DNA of 64,000 nucleotides from a virus. Position numbers and translations under genes: made by a program. A model generated the notes under the pieces. That model ran no database searches and had not been told where the DNA came from. It saw nothing but the letters and a program-made list of their open reading frames with translations. Below, one piece after another: positions 56,616 to 64,000 of the stretch. The DNA lies in IMG/VR virus record IMGVR_UViG_3300038856_000064, positions 96,001-160,000 of that record; one strand, given 5' to 3'. Each line of letters begins with the position of its first letter. Position 1 is the stretch's first letter.

Positions 56616-56828
56616 ATGTATACTACACTTACAGAACTAATTTCCGCGCTTCAGAAACTTGCCGCAGAAGGTCACGGTGATCTTCCCGTGTATGCCACTC
56701 ACGGTGCCTCTGGTGCTTCTGATCCAGTTGGCAGTCCCGATATCCAGAAAACTACCGGAGCGGAGCTTGGGGAGCTTTGTGAGCTTGACGTCGGCACTCC
56801 CTATGTGGATATCTACATCGGCAACTAG
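56616..56828 (+). CDS. Hypothetical protein
   Basis: 70-aa ORF in run. Confidence 0.65.
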   Translation: MYTTLTELISALQKLAAEGHGDLPVYATHGASGASDPVGSPDIQKTTGAELGELCELDVGTPYVDIYIGN

Positions 56829-56957
56829 ATAAAATGGCTTCCGACTTACGCTGTCCATACTGTGACGAAAATCTTGGCAAGGATACAGAAAATCCTCGCT
56901 TAGCTTACTGTTCAACATGTGGTGAAGGGGATATTAAAAATCCTCGGGGATATAAAA

Positions 56958-57347
56958 ATGACAACTAGAGATAATAAAATGGATAAGAAGCAACTACTTG
57001 AGCGTATCGCCTTACTGTTGGGCGAATACGAGGAGCAGGGTGACGGAAAGATCGTCGGATGTTATTTTGAGGATGAGAACGATATTATCCACGAATATAG
57101 CGGACAATCTTTTATGGCATGGGATCCAGGATTCGGGATCGGGAAGGTGAATATCAACTCAAGTCGCCCCGAAGAACTCACCGAAGAGGAAGGGGATAAA
57201 CCAATCCTAAAGAGTCAACATGTGACTATTAAAGCTGGTTCGAACATTGTCGTAAACGGCAGGCGAATGATTCTCGCGGAGGATCAATCTTTCTACCCTT
57301 CTAATTCAGGCGAGGGGATCCGAGTTTTTGCCGAACCGGCGCGATAG
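56958..57347 (+). CDS. Hypothetical protein
   Basis: ORF in run; start uncertain. Confidence 0.6.
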   Translation: MTTRDNKMDKKQLLERIALLLGEYEEQGDGKIVGCYFEDENDIIHEYSGQSFMAWDPGFGIGKVNINSSRPEELTEEEGDKPILKSQHVTIKAGSNIVVNGRRMILAEDQSFYPSNSGEGIRVFAEPAR

Positions 57348-57395
57348 CCTTGAGATATTCATTATTAGGGAGTTAGGGCAACTAGAAATATTAAA

Positions 57396-59447
57396 ATGGT
57401 AAATTTTATCGCACAGAATACCGAGGATTTTACGCCTGCTGTAAAGGCCGTTGTTCAGTTCGTGAAAGAAGAAACTGGCGAATGTCAGTGGATTACTCCA
57501 GCCGTTAGTGGTCCCGGAGGATGCGTCTATGAAGGCGTGGAGCCGGATTGTTTTATGGTCTACGTGGCAGGTAGAAAGGTTAATATTCTGCTTTCGGAAG
57601 ATCCAGATCGGGCAATTAAGCAAGTCAGGGGGATTCAATGACTAAGAATAGACTAGTTATGACTATGGTGTTGTTATTGGCGTCATATAGTGCGGAACCT
57701 ACCCCATCAAAATATGATCTTGGACAGTTGGTTTTGCTAAAAACAGGAGAAATCGGTATAATCGTAGTAGTTAAACCACGCTACAAGTCCTACTGGGTAC
57801 GAACCGTTATGGCGGGTAGGGTATACATCGAAGAATTTGAAATCGAAAAGGTAGTAGATAAATGAATGACAAAATACGAGCCCGCTGCGCCGTGCCTGAT
57901 GCTCCATGGACTAAGTGTTATCTTTGTATGAAACCACTTAAAACCTGCGAAAGGCCATACGATATGAATGGTGACTATATTTGTCCCGTACATACTGATG
58001 GTTCCGAAAACAGTGATGGGTACTGGGTTTGTAATAAGTGTTCTGAACAAGATAGTGACAACTAGATGAAAATCTTGGATATATCTCTGAAGGGTGATAC
58101 GCTCAGGTTTACCGCCGAAATTCGGGGAAGTAAAGTCACCTCATCCGTAAAAGACGTCGGTGAAGATCTATTGTTTGGCAAGCTTGTCAGGCGTATCCAT
58201 GTAAATGACGACTTTCATGCTGGCTTGCGTTGGGCGTTTCGTGATGATATTAATGAGTTGCGAATTTTACTTAACGAGAAACTAAACGAGCAAACTAGAT
58301 GAATATTCTAGATAGATATCGTCCACAATACACACACGATTGTGATGCCTGTCGCTTTATCTTTCGAGAGGGCGAGATGGATCTCTATTGGTGTAATGGC
58401 GCAGGGGGCGGGAGCGTGATCGTCCGGAAGGGCGACGAACCATTTTGTTACTACAGCGCAGACGTAATGACAGTGCTTATGACTGATGCAGATAGTCCCG
58501 TTGTCAAAATTTGTCGAAAAGTTGTTGCATATATCACGAGACATGGTATACTAGATATATCAGTAAACAACGAACAACTAGAAGCCTGGGATCTAGCGTT
58601 TAAAGACTAATGTTTTTTCTTCGATGTCAAAAATGTAAGGATGCTGCGTGCGCAACTTTGGTAGTGACCGAGGGGTCAGTTACTAAACACTATTGGGTTT
58701 GTGTGCATTGCTGGTATAGTCTTACTCCTAGGGAAAATTGGGGAGATATAGAGCTATGATGGTTACTTGGGCAGCAGTAGATATTTCTGATGATGCCATA
58801 AAGACGAGTGCGGGAATCGCAAGCTTTATGATCCTTGTCATTAAGGATTATGAAATTGTGGCACGCTTTCCGTATATGTCAACACTGGAACACGCTAAGA
58901 ACGAGGCAAAACGTCTACTAGACTGTTTCGTTGAAGGGCACTCCATTATCTTGGGAGCGCATTGGGAGACTGAAAAGGTATAAACTAATGACCACTAACT
59001 TTCTAGTTGCTATGACAATCGTGATGATTGTACTTATCGTCTCGTCACTACTTAAAGAACCAGACCAATATAATGAGGTAACGATTCGTGGCGTACAACT
59101 ACATATTGGACTTACCATGATGATGTGGATGAGCCTTTATCATATGCTGGAACTTATTTCTAATGGATGACGAGCATGACTTTTGTTTTAAAAAGAAAGA
59201 TGGCACTTATATCGACGTAGTGCAATTCTTTGATAGCACCTGGGGTATTCTCGTTGGAGAAAAATGGGTACAGGAAGGACTTAAAACTAGAGAAGAAGCT
59301 AGTGCTATCGCATTAGAATTGCTAGGCTTTAAGGACTTGAATAAGCCGCCCTATAATTGCGAAGATTGTTTCTGCACCATAATTTGTTCTAATTGTGAAA
59401 AATGGCCAAGTATGCCATGCTCGGACATTTGTGACCAGTGCTGCTAA
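57396..59447 (+). other. Run of tightly coupled small hypothetical genes
   Basis: 57396-57641, 57638-57865, 57862-58065, 58066-58302, 58299-58610, 58738-58983, 58988-59170, 59163-59447; mostly overlapping or abutting stop/start. Confidence 0.65.
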
Positions 59448-59450
59448 GAT

Positions 59451-60110
59451 ATGTTGTTTACTCCAAAAATAGAAATTATTGGTAATGTAAATGGTAGTTA
59501 TTCTGTAGATAGGCTATCGGAAGAGACTAGTGTTTATGCAGCCAGCCCTAATTTTGTTAGGCAGCACTGCGGGCCAATTGCTAATGATATTCTAGATGCC
59601 GTAAATCCATCCTACTACACCTTATGTGAAGAGCTGGGGATGCTTCCTAATATTGATATTAGGGTTCATCGCCTGAATATCGGTGAATATCCAGCTATCC
59701 CAGGATGGCACTGTGATGGGGTAAAGCGTGAAACTTATCATGGTCAACCTAATCCTGACCAGATTTGTATTCGTGATACTGTATTATGTGTTGTGTCGAT
59801 GGGGAGTATTTCTAATCCAGAAATTATAACAGAGCAACTAGAAATAGATGTTATTAATCAAGGAGATGATTTTAAATTTTGGCAGTATGTAGATAGCAAA
59901 ATCCCACATAATGTGGGTCGAATCGAAATGCCGGATGGACAGATTACCATGATCGGAGAATCAACACTGCATCGCGTTATGCCCGCAAAAGAACGAGGAT
60001 TTCGCTTATTCTTTCGAATGTCTATGTGGCATAATAATTATGTAGGCGATGAAGGTAAGATCGCTAAACAGCAACAAGTCTACTTGCTTCAGGGTGAGAA
60101 TGGATGGTAA
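59451..60110 (+). CDS. 2OG-Fe(II) dioxygenase-like protein
   Basis: PGWHCDG (HxD), distal LHR, RLFFR. Confidence 0.7.
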   Translation: MLFTPKIEIIGNVNGSYSVDRLSEETSVYAASPNFVRQHCGPIANDILDAVNPSYYTLCEELGMLPNIDIRVHRLNIGEYPAIPGWHCDGVKRETYHGQPNPDQICIRDTVLCVVSMGSISNPEIITEQLEIDVINQGDDFKFWQYVDSKIPHNVGRIEMPDGQITMIGESTLHRVMPAKERGFRLFFRMSMWHNNYVGDEGKIAKQQQVYLLQGENGW

Positions 60111-60565
60111 AGCCTCTAAGGCTCTACACCGATGGATCGTTAAATCCTGAAACTTTAGTCGCAGGATGGGCTTATCTTTTAGTTCATGGTGGTTGTGTCT
60201 TACTCGCAGAGTCGGGAACTTGCCATGGTGATTCTAATCACAGCGAATATATGGCAATTATTCAGGGTCTTCTAGCTGTCCCACCTACTACTAGAGTTCA
60301 TGTAATCACTGACAGGAATGACGTTGGCGATATGGTGCAGCACCCGCACCGTCAGAAATGCCGCTCAGGGCGTCTAGCATCCTATCGTAGGGCCATCTGC
60401 AAGATGATCCATCCCAGACACGTCAAGGTTAAGGTAATCGAATCTGGGGGCAGCCACTGGAGCCGTAGGGCAGATGATCTCGCACGACATGCTTGTGGAC
60501 TAGTCACTAAGAATCAAAAGAAGAGAATTAGTAAGAAGCGTAACAAGAAATCTGTTGACAACTAG
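60104..60565 (+). CDS. Ribonuclease HI-like protein
   Basis: LYTDGS, SEYMAIIQGL, VITD, RADDLA. Confidence 0.75.
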   Translation: MVKPLRLYTDGSLNPETLVAGWAYLLVHGGCVLLAESGTCHGDSNHSEYMAIIQGLLAVPPTTRVHVITDRNDVGDMVQHPHRQKCRSGRLASYRRAICKMIHPRHVKVKVIESGGSHWSRRADDLARHACGLVTKNQKKRISKKRNKKSVDN

Positions 60566-60589
60566 ACTAGATGGGGGTATAATGAAGGC

Positions 60590-60844
60590 ATGAACACAAA
60601 GCATATCATTGTGGTCTGGGAACTAATTCCGGAAGAAACCAAGTTTTACAATCTCGTAGTTAGTCAAGAAGACGCGCAGTTAATTGAAGCTGCACATAAC
60701 GACTACGTCAATACCGTAAATGAAACAGGTGCTGCCGAGTGGCTTTCGGAATATCTGGCGGATAAACAGCCTCTGGATATGGATAATGGTCCGTTTGATC
60801 TTACCGGAGAGGTTACGATCGTTCACTCTGGATTTATGATGTGA
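60590..60844 (+). CDS. Hypothetical protein, leaderless
   Basis: TTGACA-N17-TATAAT at 60555-60583. Confidence 0.75.
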   Translation: MNTKHIIVVWELIPEETKFYNLVVSQEDAQLIEAAHNDYVNTVNETGAAEWLSEYLADKQPLDMDNGPFDLTGEVTIVHSGFMM

Positions 60845-61110
60845 AATACATGAGATATCAAGTATTCGATAATGGAAAGCCCGCAGATTCTAGTGGGCAT
60901 AAGGTTCATCCATCTTGGAATAATTCAATCTTTCCAACATATCATGACGCCGTAAGGTATGTTGTTAAGTGGCTGGGGTGGGATTGGTGCAGTTCAGAAG
61001 ATGATATCAATTCCTTAGCTATGTGTATCCGGAAGGATATTCATTATGACTATAGTGGATATGGTGATGTCATCGAAATCCGTGACATTAAGGAAAATGA
61101 AGGGCAATAA
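60841..61110 (+). CDS. Hypothetical protein
   Basis: Coupled ORF. Confidence 0.55.
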   Translation: MKYMRYQVFDNGKPADSSGHKVHPSWNNSIFPTYHDAVRYVVKWLGWDWCSSEDDINSLAMCIRKDIHYDYSGYGDVIEIRDIKENEGQ

Positions 61111-61125
61111 GAAAGAGGTAAAATT

Positions 61126-61506
61126 ATGTTTACAATCAATCAGCTTAGACTCGGTGTTTTAATGATTCTTCTCCTAGTTGTAGGAGGGATGTGGGCCTAC
61201 CCACAATACAACGTTTGGCAGAAGGGCCTATCTGGCCGCGCAAGGCTCGCAGAGGCCGAGCAGAGCCGCCAGATTGCTATCGAGGAGGCTAAGGCAATTA
61301 AGGAGTCGGCACAATTTAAAGCTGACGCTGAAGTCATCCGAGCTAGAGGTGTTGCTGAGGCTAATAGCATTATTGCTGATGGTCTAGGTGGACCAGATGG
61401 TTATCTTCGTTGGTTGTTTATCGAACAATTGGCGGGACGAAATGGTGACACGATCTATATCCCGACAGAGGCTGGACTCCCAATTCTTGAGGCACGAAAT
61501 AAGTAA
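61126..61506 (+). CDS. Membrane-anchored SPFH/band-7-like coiled-coil protein
   Basis: N-terminal TM; AEA repeats; YLRWLFIEQL...IYIPTEAGLPILE. Confidence 0.65.
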   Translation: MFTINQLRLGVLMILLLVVGGMWAYPQYNVWQKGLSGRARLAEAEQSRQIAIEEAKAIKESAQFKADAEVIRARGVAEANSIIADGLGGPDGYLRWLFIEQLAGRNGDTIYIPTEAGLPILEARNK

Positions 61507-61507
61507 T

Positions 61508-62935
61508 ATGAAAATTGAAGTCACTCTCAAGGATCCTGACGGATTTTACCACGCTGTAGATGGTGCTGCAATCGAGGAATCTCTTCGCATTGGCAGTCTA
61601 GATGACTCCATCACAGAAGAAATTCAAGACCAAATCAAAGAAAGTAAGGAATCAGAGATCAACGAATTTCTATCTACCTGGGTAGAATACAACGAATATA
61701 TTACTATTGTCTTTGATACAGAAACTGATACAGCTACCGTAAAGGTGCTAAAGGATAACTAAATGGAATTTAGAACACATTTGCTTTGTGAAAGAACTGG
61801 CCTTCATCATACTCTTAATTTTGTCATTAATAAGGATAAGGAGATTCTTGTTCTGAATAATGACAATAAGATCATCGCCAGACTTTCTTGTGATAGTATG
61901 AATAATGGAGACTATCCAATCGGAAAAGACTCTTTCTTCTTGATGTTTGAGCCGGAGGATGAGCCTGCTCTAGATAAGAATATCGCAACGAGCAGTGAGT
62001 GACAAATATGTGTGAACAATGTTTTCTCAATCCTCTTTATCTCGGTGAATTTTTGCCAGGATTCTATCTAGGTAGGGCACGTCGCGATGGATATGAAGGG
62101 AAGAAGGGTGATTGGTTCTTGGTTAGGTGTAATGATCCCGATATTTACTGGCGTGAGACACCTAGATTAAAAACGTCTTTTAAATCTGATAGCGAATATT
62201 ATAATTCGATTACAACTTTTGCTCAAGATTTAAGCGAAAATGCATTAGATTTTACATTTTCTCACGAGTTGGTTGAAATAGCGACTGAAACTGGTAGCTA
62301 TAATAGGTTACGAGATGGCAACTTTGTGTTCCGTCTGTATGATTTATTGGCTAAATATATCGTTAAGGCCAATCCGGTAGTAGACGAACTAGTTTTTCCA
62401 GAATGGGAAAAAGATCATCCAACAGATCATACTATTGGCAAAGAATGATATCGACTATTATAATCGTGGGGTTTATAACCCTCTTTGTTGTTCTAGATGT
62501 TCTTACTTGTCATCTAGGACTTGAAAATAATTACTACTAGAAAGGAAAATAAAATGGACCCAGCAATTCTACATCTTATCGTTCAAAAGACTATTGAGCT
62601 TATGGTAGCAAGCACACCTACAGCTCAAGCAATCATCGAAGAAATCCATTCTCTAGTTGCCGAACTTCCTGTTGATCCGCCAGAGTGGCCACCCGCAGGA
62701 CAGACTTGGCCTTCTTATTATGCCTCTTATCAGGCTTATCTCGATTTTCTAAATGACAATATGTGATATGAGAGACTATACAATTAGTGGAGTAACTGTT
62801 ACCGCACGTCGTTATCGTACTGCCGTTCGGCGAGTGAGCGGGTATCTACGTGGGGAGTTTGATATCACTGGCGCGACGATTCCTGCTAAGGATCGGACTC
62901 CGCCTGGCACACCTATGCGCAAGAAGAAATGCTAG
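61508..62935 (+). other. Run of small hypothetical genes
   Basis: 61508-61762, 61763-62002, 61999-62448, 62554-62766, 62753-62935. Confidence 0.6.
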
Positions 62936-64000
62936 GACAAACCCTTTACGCGCCCACTAAGACAGGCAATATCAAGACCTGGAAATGTTCTGTAGAGAAT
63001 TCTGTTACGGGTACAGATACGGAACATCCGGACTATCCTTATGCGCCGACCTTTGTCGTGATACAGTCCGCAACCAAGCTAGGTGGAAAAGTTGTCACTC
63101 GCAAAGATCTTATTACCGAAGGCAAAAACCTAGGTAAGAAAAACGAGACCACTCCTTATCAACAAGCGGTAAGCGAGGCAGAGTCTAGGTGTCGGAAGAA
63201 ACTTGATAGTGGTTATTCATTAGAGGTCCCCACCGACGTAAGCAAAGCTGGGTATAATACTTTAGGATTTCCTCAGCCTATGTTGGCTCATAAGATTCAG
63301 GATGTCAAAGATTTAAACTTTCCTGCTTGGTTCCAGCCAAAATTAGATGGTCATCGTGCTCTTACTACCAAGCAAGATGGCAAAATGATTATGTATTCTA
63401 GAAAAGGAAAACTAATCAATACGATGGGGCATATCCTTAGTCATCTAGAAGATAAGATTGAGGAAGGAATGTTTCTTGATGGTGAACTTTATTGTCACGG
63501 TAAACAATTACAAAACATTGGATCACTCATTAAAAAGGAGCAACCTGGATCTGAGCTAGTGAGGTATAACGTTTACGACGTAGTACTTGACGCCCCCTAT
63601 GGAGAGCGTTTTGAAAAATTGCGCCATATTTTAAAGTATAACGGTGAGGATAATCCGCCCGCTTTTTTAGTTCCAACTACTAAAATTCCAGACATGGAAT
63701 ATGCACAAAAACTTACCAAAGAAGCTATAGAAGACGGCTTCGAGGGTGGTATTTTACGCACGTCAGGTGGAGGATATCTAGCTGGTTTTCGTAGTAGGGA
63801 TCTGCTTAAGATTAAGGAGTTCGATGATAGCGAGGCAGAGATTCTGGATGTCATCGAGCGCAAAACTTTCACGACAAATGGTGCGTCACTAAAAACTGCC
63901 AAGTTTGTTTGCAGACATCTAGAGAATAACGTAGAGTTTAGCTGCACCGTTTTCGGTACTATGGAGGAGAAAGACGTTATCTTCCGCGATAAGGAAAAAT
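62929..64000 (+). CDS. lig: ATP-dependent DNA ligase, partial (runs off window end)
   Basis: Translated by hand: PMLAHK, QPKLDGHR (motif I), YSRKGK, FLDGELY, EDGFEGGILR, RSRDLLKIK. Confidence 0.9.
   Translation, partial: MLGQTLYAPTKTGNIKTWKCSVENSVTGTDTEHPDYPYAPTFVVIQSATKLGGKVVTRKDLITEGKNLGKKNETTPYQQAVSEAESRCRKKLDSGYSLEVPTDVSKAGYNTLGFPQPMLAHKIQDVKDLNFPAWFQPKLDGHRALTTKQDGKMIMYSRKGKLINTMGHILSHLEDKIEEGMFLDGELYCHGKQLQNIGSLIKKEQPGSELVRYNVYDVVLDAPYGERFEKLRHILKYNGEDNPPAFLVPTTKIPDMEYAQKLTKEAIEDGFEGGILRTSGGGYLAGFRSRDLLKIKEFDDSEAEILDVIERKTFTTNGASLKTAKFVCRHLENNVEFSCTVFGTMEEKDVIFRDKEK

Noticed and set aside
1-64000. TAG stop-codon reassignment suggested by abundant CTAG
   Set aside because: Conserved genes are full length in code 11 and many end at TAG followed directly by the next start

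Overview
64-kb segment of a large, probably lytic, long-tailed dsDNA bacteriophage; the host cannot be identified from sequence alone. Positions 1-44.6 kb are one leftward (minus-strand) late region: tail and baseplate genes, a 2180-aa tape measure protein, tail tube, neck, major capsid, protease/scaffold, portal, an intein-containing terminase, an ERCC4-type nuclease broken by an A10 frameshift and a phage sigma factor. A recurrent late-promoter motif (TTAGTGTA) precedes seven of these genes. From about 44.8 kb a divergent rightward early region starts with GC-rich small genes under sigma28-like and then sigma70-like promoters, most apparently giving leaderless mRNAs. It ends with a 2OG-Fe(II) oxygenase, an RNase H-like gene and an ATP-dependent DNA ligase that runs off the window. 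The most striking signal is an unannotated non-coding RNA island at 48.8-50.4 kb. It holds two 'mini-tmRNAs' (tRNA-like domain with G3.U70, no tag-coding domain), a third acceptor/T-arm tRNA mimic, a pseudoknot, other structured elements, and a canonical hammerhead ribozyme that would release an RNA with repeated GUGC motifs. A 36-bp dispersed intergenic repeat and a strongly over-represented RCAHCTAG motif also mark the early region. All protein calls rest on motif recognition and synteny, not database searches.
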